A stretch of DNA of 64,000 bases from assembly GCF_041956535.1 (NCBI RefSeq), contig NW_027192207.1, forward strand, positions 126,810-190,809, written 5' to 3'. This document shows positions 10,977 through 23,300 of this stretch, in pieces (the first letter of the stretch is position 1; the number at the start of each line of letters is the position of its first letter). The notes under the pieces were generated by a model. The model was given only the letters and a program-made list of their open reading frames with translations, did no database searches and was not told the DNA's origin. The position numbers and the translations under genes are program-made. Source of the stretch: Calcarisporiella thermophila CBS 279.70 (Eukaryota > Fungi > Calcarisporiellomycota).

Positions 10977-12947
10977 CCTCTCTAATGACTTGAAGAGTAG
11001 CGTGACGACATTAATCTGAAATCCATTTATCCCTAACTATCTGATAACTAGCACAAATGTATCAATAAGCTTTTATTTTCTTCCACTTTATAATAAAGTC
11101 TAATGGTTTGTAACCTTACGAAACGCGATGCAGCTCCCCATTGATACCTGTGTCTGGGTTTGGAGCCTGACAACCAGGGTTGTAAAAAGGCCGAGAGATA
11201 CAAATAATACGGTATTTCAGTAATCTCCTACTTTTCCTATAGCTACGTCAGCGAAAATAAAACCCCATTGCAAAATGCAACTTGCAACAAATAGTACTCG
11301 ACTTGATGGTTATTATTGTGGGAAATGGCCACGGCCCGATCAAAAACATTTGAATACTGAGCAAGCCAATAGGGAGGGTATAATGACAATGAAACTAGTG
11401 CATCTCAAGCAATGTCCACCTAACATGACGATTAAATATGTAATCAAGAGTCATAGACATCGAATAATTCGTTGAAAAGCGTTCAATACAACGGCGAGCC
11501 TCGAATGGTAGGTGTTCCAACTGCGTTTCCCGTATTCTGGAGCTGTGCATCTACGGCAGGATAGCCTTGTCCTATCTTTTCATGAAAGTTAGAGAGGAAA
11601 CGGGGTGGGGGGAGGGGGGAGGGGGGAGGAAAGGGCAATACAGAGCTCATCCTCTTCACGAAGCTGAAGTATGTCTCCATATAGCCTATTCTTCCGATAA
11701 CGGAGTGCAACGCTACATCCATAGTCGCGCGATATGAATGTAGCATTACACAGGCTTGAGTGCCATGGGCATAAACGAAAAAGTAGAAATAGAGCCGATT
11801 GGTGTGTAAGAGTTTGGGAGCATAGCTTAAAGATAGAACAGCTATATTTAGAGTTGAAAAACAAAAGGGGAGATAATAATCATATGCTATTTTCGTCTCT
11901 GTTCCTGCCAGCGGTCAATGCGCTCTCGACGTATAATGAATTCTGATTCGTATACGTAATATCGGCCTGAGTCAGCTCCATGAGCTCATATGCTGTTTTA
12001 CCGACCGAGTCAGCAAAGAAGGGCGAGCATTCGAAGAACGCTTGGTCATGTAATTTAATTCAACCTCTACAAAACCCTGAGCTGGGTTTTGTTCTGGTCT
12101 GTAGTCTGGTATAACATTCATTGTGGCTAGAACATTGGCCAAGGATTGCGTCCCTCTACAGTTCAAATTAATAAACAATTCACGGCCCGATTTTTAAAAC
12201 CTGTGGCCAAACTGACAGGAAAATTTGCTGCTCAATCTGCACACCGACCGCTGCAGTCAATAATTTGGAAAGGCTTCTCCGGGATGAACGTAAATGCCCA
12301 AAGAGCATGACTTGCCACAAACTCGGCTAAAATTATCTCATTTTCCCAATCCTTTATTTCCTATCTTGCCTGGAAACACGAGAATTATTTTCCACCGGCA
12401 AACCACTCTCGGAAGAAGAGAGCCGCAAAACGGGCTAGCAAAATTAAGGTAAAGTCTGACTTTTGGTCAAATACAGACTCAGGTTTTGGGGGTGGAGGGC
12501 ACAAGAAGAACCATGAAGTGCCTGTGCGGAGGGGCTCTTGGGTAGGTTGAGATAAAAAAAAAAAAGAAACAGTAAGGAGGGGTCGAGGGATAGAGCCCGC
12601 CGGCCCAGGATGGCCTAGAAATGCATACAGAGCAGAACGGCTGACGTGACTTGGTTTTCTAAATTTAGTCGCCCGAGGGATATATTCTGGAATCAGGAAT
12701 ATTAAGGTGGTCCATGCTCCGATAATTTTGTAACTGAGGGTGCTCGAGCAATTTAATGAAATGAAAGGTGGTGATACAGCTCTATTTCCTCGAAATGTGA
12801 TCACATAAGAGGAATAAAACGCCTTTAAATACACCTTAAGTCGGCAAATCTTCACTCCAAATAATCCAAATCCAAACATTCCTTTTTCACCACTACCCTG
12901 GTTCCTCCAACTTCTCCCCTCTTTAGCGCGCTCTCCATAGCATCATC

Positions 12948-13901
12948 ATGGTTGCTGCCACCCTCGTCAAATTCTCTCTGGTTGCCGCGTGCATAGGCAC
13001 CGCGCTTGGCCACGGCAAACTTATCGAGCCGCGCGGGTTCAATGTCCAGAACCCGGTGAACACCATTGACTGCAAACGCTTCACATCAGACCAACCGTGT
13101 GGAACAGGTGTGACCATCCCTGCTCCCGAGAACCCTCCTGAGTACGCTCCTGGCAGTAACGCGCCAATGACCTGGCGCGTTGCCAACGTCGATGGCGCGG
13201 GGCCGTTGCGTGCATACATCGATCCCACCGGCACCGGACAAAACTTCAAAACCGCACTCCGCGTCTCCAACTCTCCTCCTGGTCTCCAGGGCATCGGCCC
13301 GCGCGGCACTTTCAACATCGCCGTGGCAATGCCCACGGACGTAGATTGCCAGGGGCCCGGTGGCGCTTGCCTGCTTCGCGTGCAGAGTCCCACCGGTTTT
13401 GCAAGCTGCACGTGGGTGAAGTTGGGCGGCTCGAATCAGAAGGCCAAGCGTCAGCTTCCCGAGTTCATCCCTGACTTCCTTGATCCCATCGGCATTCAGG
13501 ACACGATCGGCGATACCATCCGTGATCCCCTCGGGCAAGTTGTGAACACGGCACAGGGTCTTATTCGTGGTGTTGCCGACATCGTCGGTGGAAACGAAAG
13601 AGTGGGCAACGTTCTCCGACCCGTGAATCTGAACCCCTTGAGCGGCGTCCTTGGAGGAGGCTCTGGTGGAGCCAGCAGTCGGGCTCAGCCTGCTGCTGCA
13701 GCCGCACCCGCTGCAGCCGGTGCCGCCGTAAAACCGGCATCGGCATCGGCTTCTGCCTCCGGTTCAGCTCGTGTGGCATCCGCCTCGGCGCCCTCAGCTC
13801 AAACTGCTGCCCAGAGGAGCACGAAGCCATCGAAGAAGGCTCCCAAGAAGACCACCAAGAAGAAGACAAAGAAGACTTCCAAGAAAACCTCAAAGCAATG
13901 A
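12948..13901 (+). CDS. Secreted Egh16-like/DUF3129 protein fused via KR to the gene-A module, Ala/Ser linker and Lys-rich tail (gene C)
   Basis: Signal peptide ALG|HG, then the same Cys/NVDGAGP domain as 10422..10976. This is followed by KAKR|QLPEFIPDFLDPIGIQDTI... and a terminal KKAPKKTTKKKTKKTSKKTSKQ. Confidence 0.8.
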   Translation: MVAATLVKFSLVAACIGTALGHGKLIEPRGFNVQNPVNTIDCKRFTSDQPCGTGVTIPAPENPPEYAPGSNAPMTWRVANVDGAGPLRAYIDPTGTGQNFKTALRVSNSPPGLQGIGPRGTFNIAVAMPTDVDCQGPGGACLLRVQSPTGFASCTWVKLGGSNQKAKRQLPEFIPDFLDPIGIQDTIGDTIRDPLGQVVNTAQGLIRGVADIVGGNERVGNVLRPVNLNPLSGVLGGGSGGASSRAQPAAAAAPAAAGAAVKPASASASASGSARVASASAPSAQTAAQRSTKPSKKAPKKTTKKKTKKTSKKTSKQ

Positions 13902-14474
13902 ACCCAGTCATCATAGTAGATAATTTGCCATTTCTAATTAGAGAGCATCTCGCTGCTTATTCTCACACCTAGTATTAGTTCCTTTATTATTTCACTCTGC
14001 ATCTCGAAAGCATGCATATTTTATATACGTTTTGTATATCCATTCCACTGTCTAATGAATCACTTTACATAAAAAATAAACATATATTTACGTACGCTAT
14101 GACATGTTTTCCGTAAATATAATGAGAACATTGTTTGAGTACAAAATCGATCAGCTCGTATCCCCCTTTTATATTTATACAAAAGAGAATCCATGACTTC
14201 GATGTCGATTTCTCTCTTGAAACATGTCAAAATGTGGCTTAGTTTATTGAGAGAAAATTTCCTTGTAAAATAGCAGCATCCCCTCCCCCCTCTTTCTTTC
14301 CTCCCTTCTAAACCCATCCATCCCCGTTGGACTTGTAGCGTACATAGCTTTGAGTTTGGTTAGTATCATCCTGCTCTCCGCAAGCTCTCCCATCGATCTC
14401 GGATGGATTCATCCATCTTCATGTATGTTGTGCTCACTTGCCCATTTTTACAATTGGTAGGGATATAATCCATC

Positions 14475-15121
14475 ATGCGCGACATCTACAAAGACGAGGA
14501 ACTTATCATCCCTGAGGGCGTGACTGTGGAGATCAAGTCGCGCATTGCTACCGTGAAGGGTCCCCGTGGTGAGCTCAGGAAGAACCTCCGCCACCTCGAC
14601 ATCGAGATCCAGCGTGTGGCTTCTAACAAGCTCCGCTTCATCGTCTGGCACGGAGACCGCAAGAAGAATGCTTGCATCCGCACCATCCGCTCCATCATCA
14701 ACAACATGATCATTGGTGTGACCAAGGTATGAATGTTTGCCGGTCTGACCCAGTCCTGCAGTCTTAATTAAGCGTTTTTGCATTGTTTGTTCTATTTTTG
14801 CAGGGATTCATCTACAAGATGCGCTTTGTGTATGCCCATTTTCCCATCAACGCCGTGATTGGCCCCAATGGCGAGTCCGTTGAGATCCGTAACTTCTTGG
14901 GTGAGAAGAATGTGCGTAAAATTAAAATGCTTGACGGTGTTAAGATCGAGCTGTCCACTGCTCAAAAGGATGAGCTTATCCTTACCGGCAATGACCTCGA
15001 GAATGTTTCTCAGTCGGCTGCCAGCATCCAGCAGTCCACCCTTGTCAAGAACAAGGATATCCGTAAGTTCTTGGATGGTGTATACGTCAGCGAGCGTGGC
15101 ACTATTGTTCAAGATGAATAA
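14475..15121 (+). CDS. RPL9: 60S ribosomal protein L9 (uL6); intron 14727-14803
   Basis: [22 protein letters not shown]|[38 protein letters not shown]. Confidence 0.97.
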
Positions 15122-15446
15122 GCAATATGTTGTTTGATTCCTCGAAACAAAAAATAAAGCCTATTTGCGTCTTGATATGGACTCATTGACCGCGTAGAAT
15201 GATGCGCCCTGTTGTTCTATGTTAAGCTCGGGTTGGAGGCGAGGCTATGGAATGGAACTCTCCCTCTAGATGAACCGGTGGAGTGGCGATTTGATGCCAA
15301 TCCCACTGTCAGAAAAGTCCGGCCCAAAATTGATTTTCTGGGGGAGAGAATAAAATTTCCGGTTCGAATATTCGGTGGTCTGTTCGATTTTCTCCAATTC
15401 ATTGTTTAACTCCTCCTCCCCCCTCTTCTCCCCTTTTGTCAAAAGT

Positions 15447-17162
15447 ATGGTAATTCAGCTGGCCACTAGATGTGATTCAGCCGGAGAAAACGGAGGCGAT
15501 TTGTATCAATCGGCCTCTAAGGCGGTAGAGGATGGACTCTATGCAGGTCCTAGTCAAAGTGAATTGACCTCAACATCTACATCTCCACCTAACCATTCCC
15601 TCTGCACCACCGAGCATCAGAATAGTTCCACACCCTCCTCGACATCCCTGTTTATGTCTGGTTCGCCATCGTCTACTGACTTTTCCCGTGAACCCAATTT
15701 CTCTGCCACACCCGGCCGAATCACTGCTCTGAGGCAAATGACCCGCTCTTCAGACTCATCCCATCGTCATTCATTGCATTTTCCTTTTTCTCCGTCAAAC
15801 TCCTCACACCTTCATCACGAAGAGTCGGGCCATTACTCTTCAACTCCTAATCGTCGTCGATACTCTTCTTTTTTCGGCGGGAATAACTGCAATAATGTTC
15901 ACGGGCGATCTGGGGTGGAGGGTGCAAGCGCTGGTTTGTCGGCAACTGGCGAAGTAGTAAAGAGAAGATGGGCCTATACGATCATCAACCAGCCTACAAG
16001 CGATATGATCACAGTGTTCTCCTTTGGGAGAACAATGCTTTTGGAACAAGAATTATTAGATTTCATCCACAAGTAAGACCGATTGACCCTCCTACATCGA
16101 CATACACGATTGATATACATTTTCTACTATCTAGGCCTGTTCCCCAAAATTTCCGTGTTCAATGCCGAATAGTACGCCGCAAGGAAGGTTTTGAACGCTT
16201 CTCGCCCTCTTACGAACTGTATTTGGAGGAGGGCGAGAGCACCAAACTTTTTCTGCTCTCGGCTAAGCGACGCAAGAAGAAACAATCAAGCTATTATCTG
16301 ATCACGACACAGCGAGACCCCAGCCATTGTAAAGGGAAGATGTCCGACGGAATAGTGGGAAAACTAGAGTATGTCGAGTTTGATGACCGTATTGCGATGT
16401 GTGATGACGTTTCGAACAAGCCATTTTATTTATTATAGATCCAATTTCCTCGGGACCTCCTTTGTTATTTATTCCAACGGGAGAAATCCATTCAAGGCCG
16501 CAGTCAGTCGCGAGGAAGAGAAAATCCCTATACGGGAAGAATTAGGCGTGATTACATATGTAAGTTGCATGGCGAGATATGTTGATCAGATGAGAATAAA
16601 TGGAGTGTGGATTATTTGTGAATAGGATCCGAACCTGCTTGGATTCAATGGTCCGCGCAAAATGACGGTGATACTTGGGACTATGACAAGAGATGGCAAA
16701 CGGCCAGAGTGTCGACCTACCAAGGTGCATTGCTGCTTCTCTTGGGTCCTTGTCCTTTCTATTTTCCAACTGTAATCAACCTATTGTGCTATTAGGAATC
16801 GAGCACAATGCTTGCGCGCTATCGCCGCAATGAAACTTCTAACCTCCTCGTTTTACACAACAAGTCCCCCCAATGGAACGAGGATACACAGTCCTACGTG
16901 CTCAATTTCCACGGGCGAGTCACCCTAGCATCCGTGAAGAACTTCCAGATCGTGCACGATAATGATCGTAAGTAGTCATAGTAGCCGGGTGCCAGGAACC
17001 CCAAGTTTAATGCTGAGTTGTTTTTTAGCCGACTATATTATCATGCAGTTTGGCCGTATTGACGATGATTTGTTCAACATGGACTTCCAATACCCCCTTT
17101 CTCCTCTGCAAGCTTTTGCGATTGCTCTATCAAGTTTTGACGGGAAGTTAGCCTGTGAATAG
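15447..17162 (+). CDS. Tubby-like protein (C-terminal Tub domain); multi-exon
   Basis: [70 protein letters not shown] and [30 protein letters not shown]. The start codon is approximate. Confidence 0.92.
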
Positions 17163-17361
17163 CCCTTCCCCGTCTTTTTTTTTCCCCTCTCTTTTTTTTT
17201 CTCCAGCAAACGTTTGCTTTGTATTTCAAAATTTTAGATTATTCGCCTTTTGCTATTCATTCTAATGACGATCTCAATAACATCATGCAGTAAATAGTCA
17301 CTTCCGCCTTAATGCATTATTTCAAAACCATATTGAGCAAAAGCAAGTGAGAAAACACGGG

Positions 17362-20300
17362 TTACTCTTCATCGCTAAACACGGTTATCCCATCTCTCTC
17401 CTCATTCTCCTCCTCTTCGTCCTCATCCTCTTCCACCTCATCGTCCTCACTCGCTTCATCCATGAAAAATTGCCGCACTACATTCCTCTGGGTTAAAACC
17501 GACGAAACTCGCTCCTCATCTTCCTCGTCGTCGTCGTCCTTCCTCTCTTCCTCTTGTTCCTCCTCCTGCACTTGCTCTTCAACCTCGTTCTCCTCCCCAT
17601 CGCTATCGCTACTAAACGGGTGTCGCACTCTATTCTTGGCAGGACGCTCCTTTTGATCACTCCCTCGCCGTTGCGGGGAGGAGGATGACTGAGTGAAAAT
17701 AACGGCATGCCGCCTCCGAACCCCTAAGCTTCGACGTGTGCTAGCCTTCTTCTCTGCCTCTGGCTTTAAAAGGGATTTATTCTCTGCTGAAGTGCGTAGT
17801 TTCTTCCGGGGTGGAGGGGAAGGGGGGTCCTCCTCCTCATCTTGCCCTGTTGTGTCGAGCGCAGTGATCTCCTGTTCTGCTTGCATTACTCCATCTTCAA
17901 CTTCTCCATTGCTCATTGCCGGTACCTCGTCGCTGTTCACTGGCTCTTCGCTCGTTTGACTTTCTTGTCGAACCCTTTTCTTCGATGACCCCGATTTTGT
18001 GCTGTCAGGCGTGATTGTGTTAGAAACCAGCTGTGAGTGCTGAGATTTTTCGGATGCAGCCTGTCTAGATTGCGAAGCCTTGTGCTCTGGGCGTATTTTT
18101 TTGCTAGACAAAGAGCTCTGCTATTTGTTGTGTGTAGCAATGTTAGTTCTCTTCAAGTTCCAGAAAATCTAACGTGTATAGTCAAACAAGGAGGAAAGTG
18201 AAAGATAAAATACCCTCTCTCCGTAATCATTGGATGGCCGTGATCGTTCTCTTGCCTGTGTGCCGCTGCTATCGTCTCTTAGCTGGTCAACCTCCTCTTC
18301 CTCTTCCTCTTCCTCTTCGTCTTCTTCTATCTCCTCCATTTCAGCGGGCCTTCTCACTTCTTCGTCTGAGGAATCAATTGGTATCTGGGACGATATAACT
18401 TCGTTCGTAATCAAATCACGGTGTTTCAACGAGCCTGTATCCGGCATATAGGGGGAGAGAGGTTAATTCGGCGAGGGATTGCCAAAGCAATGAAAGTAGA
18501 ATACCCAAATAGAACGCCTCTGAGGGGCAGTTGTTTTCTTGAAGCATTGCTTTTACTTGGAATATGATCGTTTCCATCGCTTTTCTAATTGGCGGGACTA
18601 ATGAGGCCAAGGCTCTATCCTTGATGACCTTTACGTGCCCACAGACAATCTAATAATGTGGAGTGCCGTTTAGAAGAGAAATCTCAAAAGGGAATAAATA
18701 AAAAGGTAGGGTAATTTAGAAGATAAGTCCTAACCTGGAAGGTTCTTGTGGATGTTTGCAAATTTCTTAGAATCACAACCACGCTCTCTTTATGTGCCTT
18801 GAAATTTCTTGCGAGGTAGGGCAAAAAGCTGCGAAGGAACCGCTCGAGGAATATTCGGCCGTAGCGCAGTGTGACTGAGAAGAGAGGACGGTGGTCCATG
18901 CCTCTAACACTCACCGTCAATCGCGACCAGTTGTCAATTGTATGGTGGATGTGGGCTATACACTCTTCCGTGGTGCTATAGTGGAGTAGGTCAAACGACT
19001 CGATTACGGAAACAAGCTCCATCTCAATAGCCTGTAGGTGTCGCAAGTTAGATCCTAGCAATGGTATGACAGGAACAGATCATTTCGAAATTCAAACCGT
19101 TCATTACCTTGAAATGGGTTACATAGGTGTGTCGAGTGAGTAAGGGGTGCTTTTCCAAGGTTTCACTATCCTCAATGCTAAGAGCAGGTAAAACGGTGGT
19201 GATGTAGTATTCCATCGTTTCTAGAGGCTGCTTTGAATTGGAGATCTGTTGTCTGAGCAAATATACAATAGTCTCGGACTGAGAAAGATAGTGTTAGATC
19301 CATGAGTGATGCTGATTGAAGGGAGATAATCGAGTAGCAAGTATGTCACCTTGAGCGTGGATCTATCCACCCACTCCGTTCCTAGGTATTTCTCTGCCAA
19401 ATTACTAAGCGTTTCTCGCAGCTCGGCTGCTTCTTCTGAATCGCCTTCTCCAAGCGACAGTATTTTCGAGAGAATACGGTGCAGAATAACAGCTATTGAA
19501 GCAGTCGGAACGGTTTCGGAGAACTTGGCAAAGTAGTTGAATGCTTCCGTCACTAATTGCCTTAAACTATGGCTCGACGGAGATCCCTCAAACCGGATAC
19601 GAGATGCGACCACAGTAAGCAATTGCTAAAAATTAAACATAATCAGTATAGTGAAGGAGGATCGGGTGCGTTAGGTAAATTTACCATTAAGTTGGATCTA
19701 TTATCTGGGCTCTTCAATTCGGGCCACGAGAAAAGATGCTCTATTGATTGAAGGAGCATGGCAAAACAATTTTGAGATTGATCATCCTCCTGTTGATGAA
19801 AGGTTAGTTGGGATCAAATTCAAACCAAAATGAGAGATAGCTGAACCAAAGAGGGAGATATACCTCTGTTATTCTATTCTCGTCCTCTATCTCCTCCAGG
19901 ATAGCCTCCAAACGCCTCAAAATAAACGGCAAGAAATCGATAACCTAAAAATATCAATTGCATGGATTACTATACATATTGAATGACTCGCTCATTTCAT
20001 AAGCGAAGTACCTGTTTCACTACTGCCAGCGCCCCTTGCCGTTTTACAAGTGCAAACTTGTCCTCCTCTGTTCCCCATTGCTGCGACTGTGATTTCTGCT
20101 TTTGTCTCGCAAAAAAGGGATTCGTCACCGGAGGCGGCAAAAGGTACTCGAGCTTACAGTTAAGATCTCGGAGTAGATATTTTAATTCTGGGTACTATAA
20201 GAATAATAAGTATAATAAGTCATTAAAAGATGAAAACGGGCGCCTAGATAAAATGTCATTAAATTTACCCCCAGATCTAAAATTTGTTCGCCCTCCGTTT

Positions 20301-23300
20301 GGCTATTTATTTGGGGGTCCAATCCGACTCGTAAAACCTTGAATACGTCCATCTATAAAGAAAGAGAGGTTTCAAATGCAAAGCATATAGAGGGAAAACA
20401 AATGTACTACCTCGAGTTCTCTGAAAAATGGTCGAAGATCCTCGATCGTAGAGAAAGAAGGTTGTACCGACTTCCTAGAGCCCATGGACGCGCTATTCAA
20501 ATCAGGACGGCTGTTTGCAGCTTTCTTACTATTGTTAGGGCGGCGGGGCTGTAATTTATGGAGTTTAAGATTCTGGGTGAAGAGTATGAAAGTGTAATAC
20601 TCTATTTACCTTCGCCCCATTTAGACTCAAACTTTCTTTTAATGACAGTCTATCGCCCATCCCAGCTGTTAGCTCATTGGAATGTCCAAGATTGGCCAAA
20701 GGAAAAAAATTCGTGGCTAATCCCAGCATATTGTTCAAACTATCTTCAAGCGAATTAATATCCCGGATTCGTGCGATGATTTTAGCTAATAATGCAAATG
20801 GATTAAGGTATGGATTCGGCACCTTAATTATTGAAGCAGGGCATTCACCTTCGATTTCGTGTCCCTTTTGCGACGCAAAAGCGTTCAATAGTTCCCGGAA
20901 CCTTATCGGATATAGTAAGGTCAATATAAAAAGTAGGTATGCAGAGACAGACATGATATAGTACCAGTTGATTGCCATAAGTAATGCGTTACAAGCTGCT
21001 TCGATCATTTCAGGGGTAAAAGAATCCTGTAACATCGAAATAAAGCACAATGAGAAATTCTAAACAGCCCACCACAACCACTAACCAGGGCATCAGAGTA
21101 CACTTACATTATGTTCAAATTTCTTATACATCAAGATCCCACAACCTAATAGTGCATCAATCTCGTCTAACGAGCCTGCATTCAATGCCTTTTCACATGC
21201 TTGTAGCAATTTGAACATAGAGCAAAGGCATAGAATAAGTTCAGGATGTGTAGGCAGGATTCCAAGTTTGCCACAAAGTAATGGGTAGAGTTTTACTGCT
21301 ACGACGGAATCCTAAGTATATAAAAGACTATCAGTGTTGATTTAAAGAACTAAAAGCAAGGCTGCATGAATTACATCTGCATCCAAATTCATCCATGTAT
21401 CAATTGACATTCCTTTCAAAAGTGAGATGCTCTTTTCGCACATCTCTTGCACCTCCTCTTGGTCCGAAATAAACTCGTCAGTAAAGTGCTGTACGTACTG
21501 GTCTTTGATCCAGAAAACAAGACGCTCGTCCAGTCCACCTTCTTTGGTAATCAGTGCAAGTTCATCATAAGCAAGTGACATAGCTTCCTATTTTTTTTAA
21601 AAAAAATGCACCAGTAATTCGCTTAACAAAAGTGCTCAAGTTGACGAATAGCAACTATTACCATTGATTTTTGACACGAGTCCCGTACAAGATTTAATAT
21701 GCTAACCGCCTCAGAGAGGCTCTTGTGACTAAGTGCCTGATTAGCTGATACAGTAGATCCAATTGCAGCTAAAAAATGAACCGGTATCTAGTTTACATAT
21801 TAAACTAAAGAGTTAGGAATGACATACCACTCTGACTAGAGCTTGCCATCTCTATGCACGCCATTTTTGCTCCTAGTTGCTTAACAATAGCTAATGCTCC
21901 AAGAACGCCTGCCTTTTTTACTTTTACAAGAGGATTTGATAATTGTTTGCGTACAATAATCATCAATTCGCCGCGCAAATTCCCTTCACATTGAGGATTG
22001 ATCTCCATCTTGGTAATGGTTAGTAATCCAACGGGTGGTCTAGAGAAACTCGTGGTCATCAAATGTTACCTCATATGCAAGTATTCCAAAAATATCAAAG
22101 AGAATGCGGATTTGGTCAAGAGAGAGGTTGTCGATATAATCTAATACGCCCTTGATGAATATCACGAATCTACTTAGCTTTACAGGGAATTGTTGAGCAA
22201 GCTGAAGCAATACCGACAGAGCAACATCAATTTCTGCAGAGTATGAAAACAAAAACAAAAGGTTAAGGATAACTTGATTTGTTTTTTACAATAGAACTTG
22301 GCATGAATATCATATTCCCAATAAAAAGGATATTGAGCCACTCCCGATATGGGTTACCAACGACCCAACAACTTCTTGTTGATAGGAAGGGTCAAACACT
22401 TCAAAGGCACTACTATATAGCGTAGAAGCTGCTCGAGCAACGATTGCATACTGTTGGCTCGATCTCAGAAAGTTATCGGCAAGCGAGGTGATAACGCCAA
22501 AGTATCTTCAATGAAAAGGAAAATGTATAGAATTAAATATTAAAAAAACCCAATGAATCATTAGTACGAACTCGAGTAGGCCGTCTGCATGTTGCTTCAC
22601 GCTTTCTTCTAAAAGCGTCCTAGTGATCAAGCCTTCGGCAATCTTCTTCTTAAACAGGTTTTCAATTTTCCTCTTATTATTAGTCACGACATGCAATATG
22701 AACAGCACCAAAACGTCGAGCGATTTTAGCGAATCCTATAATTGAGCACAACAAGGTAAATACAACAAGAACATTGGAGTATCGATTCTCCGAGAAATTA
22801 CTACCGGCCGATTGTTTTCGCTAATCACCCTGAACCACGCATCGTATACAAACTTGTGGAAGCGTACTCCCGTTTTTATAGCATCTAAAAACAAAGCTAT
22901 GTAGCCATTTTCAAAGTAAGCACACACTAAGAGAGTTCGATTTACCCAAAATAAGTGCCTCTGGTACTTGATCTGGCTTCATTTTCCGCCTCTGTGTTAG
23001 CTGGCTCACAAATCGTAGACTGGTCTCTTGCTGAATCTGGCTGATCGAGTTGATGTCGAATGCATTCCTCATACGACGAACGACCTTGAAATTAAATCCC
23101 CCCCCCAAAAAAAAACTCTAATTAGCTCATATATATCTCCTGACAATAATGAAAAATACTCACTTCTTGTGCATTCTCCGGCGTACAGGTCTGGAGCAGT
23201 ACTTTGATCACTACCGGCAAAGAATCCAAGTCTGCTGATCTAAGCCGGTCGATGATAATGCTACGGACATCGGACTAAATACCATTGAAGTATTAATTGA

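Noticed and set aside
8395-12191. CGGCCCGA motif recurring at ~8395 (reverse), ~11332 and ~12183, a possible Zn2Cys6 site shared by the cluster
   Set aside because: Only three 8-mers at inconsistent distances from start codons, with none near gene B; cannot be distinguished from chance by eye.
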